From Deltaproteobacteria bacterium (GTDB lineage: Bacteria > Desulfobacterota > GWC2-55-46 > UBA9637 > GWC2-42-11): a stretch of DNA of 64,000 bases. A model generated the notes under the pieces. That model was not told where the DNA came from. It did no database searches and worked only from the letters and a program-made list of their open reading frames with translations. A program made the translations under genes and the position numbers. The DNA lies in the NCBI GenBank assembly GCA_016223005.1, contig JACRPW010000044.1, forward strand, positions 627-64,626, read 5' to 3'. Of this stretch, positions 8,418-19,141 are shown piece after piece; the first letter of the stretch is position 1, and every line of letters starts with the position of its first letter.

Positions 8418-9962
8418 TTAGCCTTGATATTCATTTAAAACATTTGGCAGGCTCTTCAAAAGGTCTGTTGCGAGCATTCCAATCTTGCCGATTTTTTCTG
8501 TAACACAATCACCTGCAAGTCCATGCAGATACACACCAAGTCTTGCTGCATCTATAGATGAATAACCCTGCGCAATAAAACCTGCAATTATCCCTGTTAA
8601 AACATCTCCTGTGCCTGCTGTTGCCATACCGGAATTCCCTGTCATATTTATATAGACCCTGCCAGATGGCTCTGCAATTAGAGTCCTTGCACCCTTTAAT
8701 ACAACAATAACATTATTTTTAGTTGCAGCCTTTGATGCAATGTTTATTCTGTCAGACTGGACATCCCTTGCAGATATACCTAGTAACTTTGCCATCTCTC
8801 CCGGGTGTGGAGTTAAAACGATTGGTGCATTTGCATCCTTCAATATATCCAAAACTCCCCTTAACACATTTACCCCATCAGCATCAATGACCATAGGTAT
8901 CTTAATTTTCTGAACAAGTTTTATGACAAGTTCCTTTATATCTGAATTAGTAGTAAGACCCGGACCTATTGCAATCGCCTCTTTATCTAAAGATAGCGCC
9001 TTGATTTTGTCAAACGACATACTACCCATTGTCTTTGCCTTTGTTTCAGGAAGGGGCTCTGTCATAACCTCTGTGAGTTTTTTCTCCATAATATTATTAA
9101 GGCTTTTGGGTATTCCGAGTGTAACAAGCCCTGTTCCAACCCTCATGGCACCCAAACAAGTCATTGCTGCTGCCCCTGTTTTGCCAACAGAACCTGCCAG
9201 AACAAGGAGGTGACCGAAACTCCCTTTGTGAGAGTTTTCAGGTCTTTTCTTTAAAACACCTTTTATAAAATCAGGAGCAATGGTTTCATATTTAATGCCT
9301 GCTTCATCAATGAGTTTTTTAGGTATGCCAATATCAACTATTTCCACTTCTCCTGCATGAGCAGCGCCGGGATATATAAATAGACCAAGTTTTGGAAGCG
9401 TCATAGTAATAGTTATATCTGCCTTGACACATGCCCCAAGCACATTGCCTGTTGATGCGTCAAGACCTGTTGGCACATCTATAGCAGCAACTGGTTTGCC
9501 AATAGAATTTATAAACTCTATGACCTTTCTATGGATACCCGTTATAGCATTTTCAAGACCTGTGCCAAAGATTGCATCAACGAGCAGATGGCTGTGCCTT
9601 ATCTGAGAGGCATGTTTTTTAATGTCATCTGCTGTTTTGACTGCATAAATCCTGCCGTCCATTTTTTCCCAGATTTCAAGATTTGTCTTTGCATCACCTT
9701 TAACTTGAGACTCCTCTCCTATAAGATATACGGTTATCTCTGCGCCGCCGCTCAAGTGTCTTGCAATTACAAAACCATCCCCGCCATTATTGCCCTTGCC
9801 TGCAAATATGCTGACCTTCTGCATATTGCCGCCATACCTTCTTAAGATAATTTCAGCAGCCCCTCTCCCTGCATTTTCCATCAGCACAATGCCGGGGATG
9901 CCGTACCTTTTAATAGCGGTCTCGTCAAGTAATCTCACTGTTCTTGCATCCGCAACCTTCAT
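8418..9962 (-). CDS. nnr: Bifunctional NAD(P)H-hydrate epimerase/dehydratase Nnr (YjeF N- and C-domains). The likely start is MKVADARTV. The listed ORF starts at 9998.
   Basis: The N-terminal YjeF-N domain (GKGNNGGDG) is followed by the carbohydrate-kinase-like C domain (GxGDVLTG). Confidence 0.85.
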   Translation of the reverse strand: MKVADARTVRLLDETAIKRYGIPGIVLMENAGRGAAEIILRRYGGNMQKVSIFAGKGNNGGDGFVIARHLSGGAEITVYLIGEESQVKGDAKTNLEIWEKMDGRIYAVKTADDIKKHASQIRHSHLLVDAIFGTGLENAITGIHRKVIEFINSIGKPVAAIDVPTGLDASTGNVLGACVKADITITMTLPKLGLFIYPGAAHAGEVEIVDIGIPKKLIDEAGIKYETIAPDFIKGVLKKRPENSHKGSFGHLLVLAGSVGKTGAAAMTCLGAMRVGTGLVTLGIPKSLNNIMEKKLTEVMTEPLPETKAKTMGSMSFDKIKALSLDKEAIAIGPGLTTNSDIKELVIKLVQKIKIPMVIDADGVNVLRGVLDILKDANAPIVLTPHPGEMAKLLGISARDVQSDRINIASKAATKNNVIVVLKGARTLIAEPSGRVYINMTGNSGMATAGTGDVLTGIIAGFIAQGYSSIDAARLGVYLHGLAGDCVTEKIGKIGMLATDLLKSLPNVLNEYQG

Positions 9963-10099
9963 GCAAGCAAAAATATCACAGTGCATGTATGTTTGCAATC
10001 CCTTTGCAGTTATTTGTTCTGTAATTTGAAAATAAGAGGGGTGCCTCTTGAGATTATCTTGGGCAGTGAGTGATGGTAGCGTAAACCGTGCTATACTCC

Positions 10100-11350
10100 C
10101 TATTCCCTTATCTGACCATCACCATATATTATGAACTTCTGTGTGGTGAGTTCTTCAAGACCCATAGGTCCAAAGGCATGAATCTTGGTCGTTGATATGC
10201 CTATCTCTGCGCCAAGACCTAATTGAAATCCATCAGAAAATCTTGTTGAGGCATTGACAAGGACTGTGGATGAATTTACCTCTTTTAAAAACCTCTGGCT
10301 GTTCCTGTAATCCTTTGTGATTATGGACTCTGTATGCAAAGAGCCATATTTTCTAATATGCCTTATTGCCTCATCAATATCATCTACAACCTTTATTGCC
10401 AGAATTAGGTCAAGATACTCTGCATGCCAGTCTTCTTCTTTAGCCTCTTTTGCATAAGGTATAATCTTTCTTGTCTCTTCGCATCCCCGTATCTCAACAC
10501 CTGCTTCAGCATATCTCTTTCCCATCTCTGGTAGAAATCTTTCAGCAATATTTTTATGCACAAGGAGTGTCTCCATTGCATTACATACACCGGGTCTTTG
10601 CACCTTAGCATTGAAACAAATCCGGTAAGCCATATCCGTATCACTAGACTCGTCCACAAATATATGGCACACACCTTTATAATGCTTGATAACAGGGATT
10701 TTGGAATTTTCAACCACAAACCGTATAAGCCCCTCACCGCCCCTTGGTATAATCAGGTCAATATATTCTTCAAGTTTCAGCATTTCAAGAACCGCTTCTC
10801 TTTCTACCACAGGCACGACCTGTATGCATGTATCATTGACGCCCTCTTTCCTGCATGCATCCTTAAGAACCTTTGCTATGGCAAGGTTTGAATTTATCGC
10901 CTCACTGCCTCCCCTTAAGATTACTGCATTCCCTGACTTGAGACATAATGCTGCTGCATCAGCAGTAACATTAGGCCTTGCCTCATAGATAATACCTATA
11001 ACGCCCAAGGGAATCCGCATCTTGCCGACAACCAGACCATTCGGTCTTTTCCACATCCGCGTAATCTCACCAACAGGGTCAGGGAGTCCTGCAACCTCCC
11101 TTACACCGTCTGACATAGCATTTAAGACCTTGTCAGTGATTGTGAGTCTGTCAATCATTGCCGCAGACAGACCCTTTCCCTTTGCTAATGCCACATCTTT
11201 TGTGTTTGCCTCCTTTATGGCATCTGCATTTATAAGGAGTTCATCCGCCATTCTTAAAAGGGCATTATTTTTAATGCCTGTATTGAGATTGGCTAATTCA
11301 AAAGAGGCAGAGCGGCTATCTTTTGCTATTTGTAATATTATAGATTCCAT
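10100..11350 (-). CDS. proA: Gamma-glutamyl phosphate reductase
   Basis: Aldehyde dehydrogenase fold with the ProA-specific blocks ([12 protein letters not shown], catalytic Cys region). Length is 416 aa. Confidence 0.9.
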   Translation of the reverse strand: MESIILQIAKDSRSASFELANLNTGIKNNALLRMADELLINADAIKEANTKDVALAKGKGLSAAMIDRLTITDKVLNAMSDGVREVAGLPDPVGEITRMWKRPNGLVVGKMRIPLGVIGIIYEARPNVTADAAALCLKSGNAVILRGGSEAINSNLAIAKVLKDACRKEGVNDTCIQVVPVVEREAVLEMLKLEEYIDLIIPRGGEGLIRFVVENSKIPVIKHYKGVCHIFVDESSDTDMAYRICFNAKVQRPGVCNAMETLLVHKNIAERFLPEMGKRYAEAGVEIRGCEETRKIIPYAKEAKEEDWHAEYLDLILAIKVVDDIDEAIRHIRKYGSLHTESIITKDYRNSQRFLKEVNSSTVLVNASTRFSDGFQLGLGAEIGISTTKIHAFGPMGLEELTTQKFIIYGDGQIRE

Positions 11351-11406
11351 AGTCTTACAAAAAGGTTTTCAAGGCTAAAGCCTTGAGTTACTGTAACTCA
11401 AAGTCT

Positions 11407-12591
11407 TTAATCCGCCTGCCTCCTCAAAAATGTAGGCATATCAAGAATATCATCACCTGCTGAATTAAGGCTGCTCATCCTCGTCTGCCTTACGCCTTCC
11501 AAATTAAAAGGCTTATAACTTTTTTCTGTTTCAGGTTTTTTAGTTATACTGATTATCGGCGTTTCCAGCTCTGTTTTCATTTTTGGTTTCGTAGGTAGTG
11601 TTTTTTTTGAATGCTCTCTTATGCATTCTTCCCTGCCAAAACCTGTTGCAATCACTGTAACCCTTATCTCATCACCCATATTTTCATCTATTACAGCGCC
11701 GCAGATAATATTTGCATCCTCGTGTGCCTCCTCATGAATAAGGGAAGATGCCTCTTTAATCTCATGCAAAGCCATATCAGAAGAACCTGTGATATTTATA
11801 AGCACACCCATTGCACCATTTATGGATATATTTTCAAGGAGCGGACTGGATATTGCCTTTGTTGCTGCCTCAACAGCCCTGTTCTCGCCGCTGTGAGTGC
11901 CTGAGCCCATAAGTGCAAGCCCCATTTCTGCCATGATTGTCTTTACATCTGCAAAATCAACATTCATAAGACCATGGATTGTTATGACATCTGATATCCC
12001 TTTTACAGCCTGAAACAGCACCTCATCAGCCTTTTTAAAGGCATCCTGAAGGGATGTGTTCTTATTTGCTATGGAAAAGAGTCTTTCATTCGGGATTGTG
12101 ATAACTGTATCAACATAATTTTTCAATTCCTTTATACCCTCGTCTGCAAACCTTGCCCTTTGCCTGCCTTCGTGTACAAACGGCTTTGTCACAACTGCAA
12201 CTGTTAATGCGCCAATCTCTTTTGCAATCTCAGCAATTATAGGTGCGCCGCCTGTGCCTGTGCCTTTACCCATGCCAGCAGTTATAAATATCATGTCAGC
12301 GCCGTCAAGAACCTCTCTGATTCTGTCCCTGCTCTCAATCGCGGCATTTTTACCGATTTCAGGCCTTGCACCTGCACCAAGCCCCCTTGTCAACTGGACG
12401 CCAAGTTGAATCTTAACAGGGGACTTTGATACTGAAAGTGCCTGTGAGTCTGTGTTTGCAGTTACAAATTCAACACCCTCAAGCCTTTCATTTATCATGG
12501 TATTTACTGCATTTCCTCCTGCACCGCCAATACCTATAACCTTTATAATCGCCCTTTTGTGCAAACTATCTTCTAATTGGAACATAGGCAC
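11407..12591 (-). CDS. ftsZ: Cell division GTPase FtsZ
   Basis: GGGTGTG tubulin signature and IKVIGIGGAGGNAVN. Confidence 0.97.
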   Translation of the reverse strand: MPMFQLEDSLHKRAIIKVIGIGGAGGNAVNTMINERLEGVEFVTANTDSQALSVSKSPVKIQLGVQLTRGLGAGARPEIGKNAAIESRDRIREVLDGADMIFITAGMGKGTGTGGAPIIAEIAKEIGALTVAVVTKPFVHEGRQRARFADEGIKELKNYVDTVITIPNERLFSIANKNTSLQDAFKKADEVLFQAVKGISDVITIHGLMNVDFADVKTIMAEMGLALMGSGTHSGENRAVEAATKAISSPLLENISINGAMGVLINITGSSDMALHEIKEASSLIHEEAHEDANIICGAVIDENMGDEIRVTVIATGFGREECIREHSKKTLPTKPKMKTELETPIISITKKPETEKSYKPFNLEGVRQTRMSSLNSAGDDILDMPTFLRRQAD

Positions 12592-12677
12592 CTCCTTTTT
12601 ACTCGCTTTGCGAGAATTGTAAAATGGAAATTGTAAATTTTAAAATTCCCAATCTTCAATTTGCAATTTTCAATTAT

Positions 12678-13910
12678 TTAAAAAAACTCCCTCACCCACC
12701 CCTTCATCCTTGCAATGAGTTTATTAAATGTATTCCTATCCCCCCTTCCAAATCTGTTTTTTTGCGGCATCAGGTGACTATTTCCATATAGGACAAGCCC
12801 GACACCTGTTGAATACATTGGACTCCTTACCACATCCACAAGCCCGCCGATCCCTGTTGGCAATCCCCTCCTTACAGGCATATTAAATACCTGCTCTGCC
12901 AGTTCAACTATCCCGTCCATACTTGCAGTTCCGCCTGTAAGCACAATGCCTGATGCTGTCATGTTGTCATAACCTGAACTGCCTATCTCTGCACATACAA
13001 GTTGAAAAAGTTCCTCCATCCTTGGTTCTATAATCTCTGATAATATTTGCCTTGATACTGTCCTTGCCTGCCTCCCGCCTACACTCGGAACATCTATCAT
13101 CTCATCCCTGCCAACCATTGATGTCATTGCACAGCCGTATTTCTTTTTAATCTTCTCTGCCTCACTTATAGGGGTGCGAAGACCTACTGCAATATCCCCG
13201 GTAACCTGATTTCCTCCAAGAGATATAACCCCTGTATGTTTGATTGTCCCGCTGTGGTAGATGGCAATATCTGTTGTGCCTCCACCAACATCTATAAGGG
13301 CAACACCCAGGTCCTTCTCATCCGGGGCCAAAACCGCCTCGCTGCTTGCGATTTGCTGGAGGATAATATCAGCAACATCAAGTCCTGCCTTGTTTGCACT
13401 CTTTATAATATTCTGTGCTGATGTAACAGCAGCAGTGACTATATGGATTTTAACCTCTAACCTCACACCGCTCATGCCAAGGGGGTCAAGGATGCCATCC
13501 TGCTCATCCACTATATATTCCTGCGGGAGTATGTGAATTACCTCTCTGTCAGGCGGTATTGCAACTGCCTTGGCTGCGTCTATGACCCTGTCTATATCAG
13601 GTTTAGTCACCTCCTTGTCCTTGACTGCTATTACACCATGACTGTTAAACCCTTTTATATGTCCGCCTGCTATCCCTGTATAAACTGTGTTTATGCTGCA
13701 GCCTGCCATCAGTTCAGCCTCTTCTACAGCCTTTTTAATGGATTGGACAGTAGATTCAATATTCACAACAACACCCTTTCTAAGTCCTCTGGAAGGATGG
13801 CTGCCTATGCATATAATCTCAATGCCTTCTTCCTTTATTTCACCAACAATGGTGCATATTTTTGTTGTTCCTATATCCAGCCCAACAACAAGATTATCTT
13901 TTTTCCCCAT
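12678..13910 (-). CDS. ftsA: Cell division protein FtsA
   Basis: Actin-like ATPase. VGLDIGTTKI N-terminus and position between ftsQ and ftsZ. Confidence 0.95.
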   Translation of the reverse strand: MGKKDNLVVGLDIGTTKICTIVGEIKEEGIEIICIGSHPSRGLRKGVVVNIESTVQSIKKAVEEAELMAGCSINTVYTGIAGGHIKGFNSHGVIAVKDKEVTKPDIDRVIDAAKAVAIPPDREVIHILPQEYIVDEQDGILDPLGMSGVRLEVKIHIVTAAVTSAQNIIKSANKAGLDVADIILQQIASSEAVLAPDEKDLGVALIDVGGGTTDIAIYHSGTIKHTGVISLGGNQVTGDIAVGLRTPISEAEKIKKKYGCAMTSMVGRDEMIDVPSVGGRQARTVSRQILSEIIEPRMEELFQLVCAEIGSSGYDNMTASGIVLTGGTASMDGIVELAEQVFNMPVRRGLPTGIGGLVDVVRSPMYSTGVGLVLYGNSHLMPQKNRFGRGDRNTFNKLIARMKGWVREFF

Positions 13911-13932
13911 CTGTCATCACCACCTTTCTTAT

Positions 13933-14757
13933 TCAACTATTAGCCATCTTAACAACAACCCTTTTCCCATAATTCATATCTACTGTCTTTACATACTTAA
14001 TGGTACCGTTTAGTTCCTTTAACACCCTGTCAAGTCTTTCAAGTTTTTTTTGGAAGTTGTCAAATCCCATTTCAACCCTTACACCGCTGTCCATTGTATA
14101 TAGTGTTAAGCCGTAGACAGGGTCAACCTTTATCTCTGAAATGTCATCTGTGCCAAATATCTCTCTATCATCCAGCAGTTTTATTAAAAGGACAGCGTCA
14201 ATTATAAGTGATGATACCTTTTCATTATCTTCCACTCCGTCTTTTGAAATCCCAGCATTTATGACTGGCAAATCAAGGTCATCCTCCAAAGAAGCCCTTT
14301 TAAAAACAGAACCGCTCTCATCTATCAGGTAAAGTTCATCCATATTTATAAATGCAGCAGGGACCCTTTCCTTTATCTCCACAACCAACTTGTCAGGCAT
14401 CCTTCTTTTTATCTTTAATGTATTTATCCATGGATGCTTTCTGATATTTACTGCCATGTCATCTATACTGGCAGCAAGGATATTATCCCCTATACGAATG
14501 CCTGCCAGTTCCAGAATCTCATCTCTGGAAATCCTTTTGACGCCCTGTATATCTATCTCTTTTATCCGTAACAGCGGTGAGTTTAAAAGTTCCTCATAAA
14601 ATCTTTTGCCTGAAAAAGATATTGCTATGACTACTATTACTGCTGCTATGCCCTTAAATATCCTTTTAGACCTTCTGGACATACAGGTCTTTTTGACTCT
14701 TTTGAATAATGGTTCTTTCCTCCTAAAGTTTTTTGGTCTTTTAAATAACATGGGCAT
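13933..14757 (-). CDS. ftsQ: Cell division protein FtsQ/DivIB
   Basis: N-terminal TM segment, POTRA-like region and dcw position. Confidence 0.8.
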   Translation of the reverse strand: MPMLFKRPKNFRRKEPLFKRVKKTCMSRRSKRIFKGIAAVIVVIAISFSGKRFYEELLNSPLLRIKEIDIQGVKRISRDEILELAGIRIGDNILAASIDDMAVNIRKHPWINTLKIKRRMPDKLVVEIKERVPAAFINMDELYLIDESGSVFKRASLEDDLDLPVINAGISKDGVEDNEKVSSLIIDAVLLIKLLDDREIFGTDDISEIKVDPVYGLTLYTMDSGVRVEMGFDNFQKKLERLDRVLKELNGTIKYVKTVDMNYGKRVVVKMANS

Positions 14758-14760
14758 TTT

Positions 14761-15735
14761 TTAACCTTTATTCCTTACAGCCAAAAGCATCCTCTCAATA
14801 AGTTCTGTAAAATCTATGCCTGCACACCTTGCTGCCTTTGGCAGTAAACTCAGTTCTGTTAGACCAGGGACTGTGTTAAGTTCAAGAACATAGGGGTCAT
14901 TTTTTTTGTCAAGGCATACATCAACCCTTGCTGCGCCGCAGCACCCAAGGGCATTGTATGCATTAATGGCAGCCTCTTTTACCCTGCATTCAACCCCTTT
15001 CTCCAATGGTGCAGGCGCGATGTAATCTGTCATCCCTTTTGTATATTTTGACCTATAGTCATATAAACCTTTTTTGGGTTTTATCTCTACTACAGGCAAA
15101 GGTTCTCCGCTTAATATCCCTACAGTAACCTCCCTGCCCTGAATAAACCTTTCCAGGACAATCTTGTTATCAAACCTGAAGGCTTTTTTAATTGCCTTTT
15201 GCAAATCCTTTTTATCCTTTACAACAGTAAGCCCTATTGTTGAACCCTGCCTTGCAGGTTTTACTACAAGAGGAAATTTGTAATTTGTAGTTCGTAATTC
15301 GTAATTCTTAATTCCTAATTCGTAATTTCTTATAACCTGCCAATCAGGTGTTGGTATACCATGAAACCTAAAAATCTCCTTTGCTGCTGCCTTGTCAAAT
15401 GCCACTCCACTTGCAAGCACACCTGACCCTGTATATGGTATCCCCATTATCTCAAGGAGCCCCTGTATTGTGCCGTCTTCTCCATATTTGCCGTGTAGGG
15501 CGATAAATGCAAGTTTAATCTTCTTTTTCTCAATTACCTTTGCTGTATCCCTGCCTGCATCCACTGCAACCACTTTATAACCTTTACCCTTAAGCGCCTT
15601 ATATACAGCCATGCCTGAGCAGAGGGATACCTCCCTTTCAGATGACATCCCGCCCATCAAAACCCCTATTTTAAGTTTTTTTAAATTAGTAATTCGTAAT
15701 TCGTAATTCGTAATTTTTTTACTCCTCTCCGACAA
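14761..15735 (-). CDS. ddl: D-alanine--D-alanine ligase. It has a TTG start with a GAGGAGG SD. Heptamer-repeat peptides sit at the N-terminus (ITNYELRITN) and internally (NYELGIKNYELRTTNYKF).
   Basis: ATP-grasp Ddl motifs (KIGVLMGGMSSEREVSL, GSGVLASGVAFDK). The aattcgt-type repeats lie at 15684-15718 and 15275-15330. Confidence 0.92.
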   Translation of the reverse strand: MSERSKKITNYELRITNLKKLKIGVLMGGMSSEREVSLCSGMAVYKALKGKGYKVVAVDAGRDTAKVIEKKKIKLAFIALHGKYGEDGTIQGLLEIMGIPYTGSGVLASGVAFDKAAAKEIFRFHGIPTPDWQVIRNYELGIKNYELRTTNYKFPLVVKPARQGSTIGLTVVKDKKDLQKAIKKAFRFDNKIVLERFIQGREVTVGILSGEPLPVVEIKPKKGLYDYRSKYTKGMTDYIAPAPLEKGVECRVKEAAINAYNALGCCGAARVDVCLDKKNDPYVLELNTVPGLTELSLLPKAARCAGIDFTELIERMLLAVRNKG

Positions 15736-16660
15736 TCTTTATCTCCTCCTCAAGCAATACCCCTTTTTCCTTTAATACCCTATCCTTAATAATATTTATA
15801 AGTAACAGCACATCCTTTGTCTTTGCATCCCCAAGATTTACAATATAATTTGCGTGGACATCTGATACCATTGCATCACCTATCCTTGCACCCTTTAAAC
15901 CAACCTCATCTATGAGTTTGCCTGCGCAAAGCCCTTCAGGGTTTTTAAATATTGAGCCTGCATTCGGCAGGCGAACAGACTGGGTCTTTTCCCTCCTTTT
16001 AATAAATTCGTTCATTTGTTTTTCTATTATAGATACATCCCCTTTTTTAAATTTAAGATGAACCCTTGTAATTATATAATCCGGCTTAAGACTGCACGAC
16101 CTGTATGAAAAATGCAGTTCATCTCTTCTTATAAATATTTTACTGCCTCTTGTATCAGTCACATCAATCCCTGCCACAAGACTGCCTACATCAGCGCCGT
16201 ATGCACCTGCATTCATTGCCACTACCCCACCAATGGTTCCTGGTATTTGGACTGCAAATTCAAGCCCTGAAAGTCCCCTTTTACTACATTCATTCACAAT
16301 CTTTGCAAGTTTAACCCCTGCACCTGCGACCACATAGTCATCAGCCTGCCAGTATAAATCTTTAAATCCATCTGCGAGGTTTATTACAACACCCCTTATG
16401 CCGCCATCTCGGACAACAAGGTTTGTTCCAGCGCCAAGTAAAAAAACAGGGAAATCCTTTACATATGCAAACTTAAGTATCTCCTGAAGGTCATCTTCAT
16501 CCAGAGGAAACGCCATAACATCCGTAGGACCGCCTATTTTCATGGATGTCCACTCTTTCATCAGGACATCAAAGAGGATGCGTCCTTTGAAGTTGCAAGT
16601 TGCAAGCCTGCCCCTGTAAGCAGTAAACAGGGGTTGCAAGTTGCAAGTCTTATCTTTCAC
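15719..16660 (-). CDS. murB: UDP-N-acetylenolpyruvoylglucosamine reductase. The start is either GTG 16660 with a strong SD (which translates a repeat/hairpin element) or ATG 16561.
   Basis: FAD-binding MurB blocks (GGPTD, LLGAGTNLVV) and dcw position. Confidence 0.9.
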   Translation of the reverse strand: MKDKTCNLQPLFTAYRGRLATCNFKGRILFDVLMKEWTSMKIGGPTDVMAFPLDEDDLQEILKFAYVKDFPVFLLGAGTNLVVRDGGIRGVVINLADGFKDLYWQADDYVVAGAGVKLAKIVNECSKRGLSGLEFAVQIPGTIGGVVAMNAGAYGADVGSLVAGIDVTDTRGSKIFIRRDELHFSYRSCSLKPDYIITRVHLKFKKGDVSIIEKQMNEFIKRREKTQSVRLPNAGSIFKNPEGLCAGKLIDEVGLKGARIGDAMVSDVHANYIVNLGDAKTKDVLLLINIIKDRVLKEKGVLLEEEIKIVGEE

Positions 16661-16680
16661 TCTGTTAATTACCTCCTCTC

Positions 16681-18069
16681 TTAAACCTTGAAACTTGCAT
16701 CTTGAATCTTCTTTAAAATCTCATCCCCTATCTGCCATATATCACCTGCACCAAATGTAATAATCATATCATCAGACTTAACCATATCTGCCAGATAATT
16801 AGGCACATCCTTTTTATTAGGTATATACACAACATTTTTATGACCATACCCTTTGATTCCTTCAAACAAACCTTTACCTGTTACACCTTCAACCTTGCCC
16901 TCTCCGGCAGGGTATATATCAGTGAGTATGAGGATGTCTGCATCATTAAATGCAGAGAGAAATTCATTAAATAGGTCTTTTGTTCGTGTGTAGCGATGCG
17001 GCTGAAACACAGCGATAACCCGTTTATTCCAGCCGTCCTTTGCTGCCTTAAGGGTCGCCTTAATCTCCTCTGGATGGTGTCCATAATCATCAATAACTAT
17101 AACATCATCCACTGTCCCTCTTATCTGAAACCTCCGTTCAACGCCGCTAAAATCCTTAAGCCCATTTTTAATATCATCAAAATCCAAGCCGAGTTCTATA
17201 GCAACTGCGGCTGCAGCAAGGCAGTTATATACATTGTGGAGTCCAGGGGTATGAGTTAGAACGCAGCCAATTTTATCTGCCCTGTTCCATATTTCAAAGG
17301 ATGTTTCCATCCCATTAAATGAAATCCCTTTCGCATGATAGTCTGCCTGTGCAAAAAGCCCATAAGTTACATGTCTCCTCTCCACCTTTGGAATCAAAGA
17401 CTGCACATTTGGATGGTCAAGACACAAGACACTTAAACCATAAAACGGCACCTTGTTTATAAATGAGAGATAGGCACCTTTGACTTCGTCCATATCTTTA
17501 TAATGGTCCATGTGCTCCCTGTCTATATTTGTTACGACAGCAATTACAGGAGATAGTTTTACAAATGTCCCATCGCTTTCATCAGCCTCTGCAACAAGGA
17601 ACTCCCCGCTTCCAAGTTTTGCATTGGTTGCCATACTATTAAGCCTGCCGCCTATAACAACAGTGGGATCCATGCCAGCGATACTGAGTATCGTTGCAAT
17701 GATTGAGGTGGTCGTTGTCTTCCCATGCGTCCCTGCAACCAAAATCCCGTATTTCATCCGCATTAGTTCTGCAAGCATCTCTGCCCTTGGAATAACAGGC
17801 AAAAGTCTTTCATGGGCATGCCTTATCTCAGGGTTGTCCTCTTTCACTGCTGAGGAATAGACCACAACATCAGCGCCATCTATATTCTCTTTCTTATGGG
17901 ATATATGCACTGCTGCACCAAGAGATGCCAGCCGCTTTGTTATAGAAGATTCTTTCGCATCTGAGCCTGTAATCTTATATCCAAGGTTTAGAAGCACCTC
18001 TGCAATCCCGCTCATGCCTATTCCGCCTATCCCAACAAAATGTATATGTTTAATCCTCCCTTTATACAT
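16681..18069 (-). CDS. murC: UDP-N-acetylmuramate--L-alanine ligase
   Basis: IHFVGIGGIGMSGIAEVL N-terminus and GTHGKTTTTS P-loop. Confidence 0.95.
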   Translation of the reverse strand: MYKGRIKHIHFVGIGGIGMSGIAEVLLNLGYKITGSDAKESSITKRLASLGAAVHISHKKENIDGADVVVYSSAVKEDNPEIRHAHERLLPVIPRAEMLAELMRMKYGILVAGTHGKTTTTSIIATILSIAGMDPTVVIGGRLNSMATNAKLGSGEFLVAEADESDGTFVKLSPVIAVVTNIDREHMDHYKDMDEVKGAYLSFINKVPFYGLSVLCLDHPNVQSLIPKVERRHVTYGLFAQADYHAKGISFNGMETSFEIWNRADKIGCVLTHTPGLHNVYNCLAAAAVAIELGLDFDDIKNGLKDFSGVERRFQIRGTVDDVIVIDDYGHHPEEIKATLKAAKDGWNKRVIAVFQPHRYTRTKDLFNEFLSAFNDADILILTDIYPAGEGKVEGVTGKGLFEGIKGYGHKNVVYIPNKKDVPNYLADMVKSDDMIITFGAGDIWQIGDEILKKIQDASFKV

Positions 18070-19139
18070 GCATCCCTCTATAAATATCTTCTACAATAAT
18101 ACTAGCCGCATCAGGCATTCCCAATTGGTGTGCCCTTTCCTCAATCTCTTTTATCTTTACTAAATTTTCATAAAGTGAAGTCAATGCATGGGCAAGTTTT
18201 GCCCCATCCAGTTCTTCCTGTTTGAACATGACAGCAGCGCCTCTGTCTGCAAGATACCTTGCATTAACCTCCTGATGGTTGTCCGCAGCAAATGGATACG
18301 GGATAAGGATCGATGCCTTGCCAAGCGCCGTAATCTCTGCAATACTTGTTGCACCGCTCCTACAGATAATCAAGTCTGCCATTTTGTATGCATCTGCCAT
18401 ATCGTCAATAAAATTAAACACATTAGTTTTGAGTTTTGAGTTTATTGTATGTTTCTTTCACCCTCTCATAATCCTCTTCACCTGTCTGGTGGATGATATT
18501 TATTGAGCAATGTTTAAGATATTCCAGCGACTCAAGAAATATTGAGTTTATTGCCTTTGCACCTTGACTGCCTCCAAAAACCAGAATGGTGAATCCTTCG
18601 CCTTTCGCCTTTCGCCTTTCGCCTTTCGCCTTTAGTATTTCCTTCCTCACAGGATTTCCTGAAACTACCACCTTGCCCTTTGGAAAATATTTTTTTGCAT
18701 CAGGAAATGCAACAAATACCCTGTCAACAAACCTCCCAAGGTATCTGTTCGTAATGCCCGGCAGGGTATTTTGTTCAAGGATTATTGTCATAACCTTCAT
18801 AATCTTTGCAGCCGCTACAACTGGAAAGGCACTATACCCGCCTGCACCTACTACAAGGTCAGGCATATATCTTCTAATCAACTTTATAGATTTAAAAATC
18901 CCCATAAGTGCCTTTAAAATGGAAATCGCCCTATTTAATAATCCCTTTCCTTTCACACCTCCAACATCTAATGTCTCAAGATGGAAACCATATTTGTAGA
19001 GTATCTTTGCCTCCAGACCCTTCTTGCTCCCTATAAATGTAATCTCATTTCCAGAATCCCTTTCCTTAAAGATTTCTGCCAGTGCAATCGCTGGAAATAA
19101 ATGTCCTCCGGTTCCGCCTCCAGTTAGTATAATTTTCAA
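18062..19139 (-). CDS. murG: MurG glycosyltransferase. It is encoded as two ORFs in different frames (18423..19139 for the N-domain, 18062..18421 for the C-domain), joined at a 3-unit aaactca heptamer tract. Deleting one 7-nt unit restores a single frame.
   Basis: The N-ORF has GGGTGGHLFPAIALA. The C-ORF has FIDDMADAYKMADLIICRSGA, the conserved MurG C-terminal motif. The frames abut at 18424-18444. Confidence 0.85.
18424..18444. repeat. Heptamer tandem repeat (minus-strand aaactca x3) at the murG frame junction
   Basis: The + strand reads tagtttt gagtttt gagttta. Confidence 0.9.
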
Positions 19140-19141
19140 TA

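Noticed and set aside
16561-16660. Calling the murB 5' region definitively coding or non-coding
   Set aside because: GTG 16660 has a strong GAGGAGG SD but would translate the repeat/hairpin element. ATG 16561 matches the E. coli-length protein but lacks an SD. This cannot be resolved from sequence alone.
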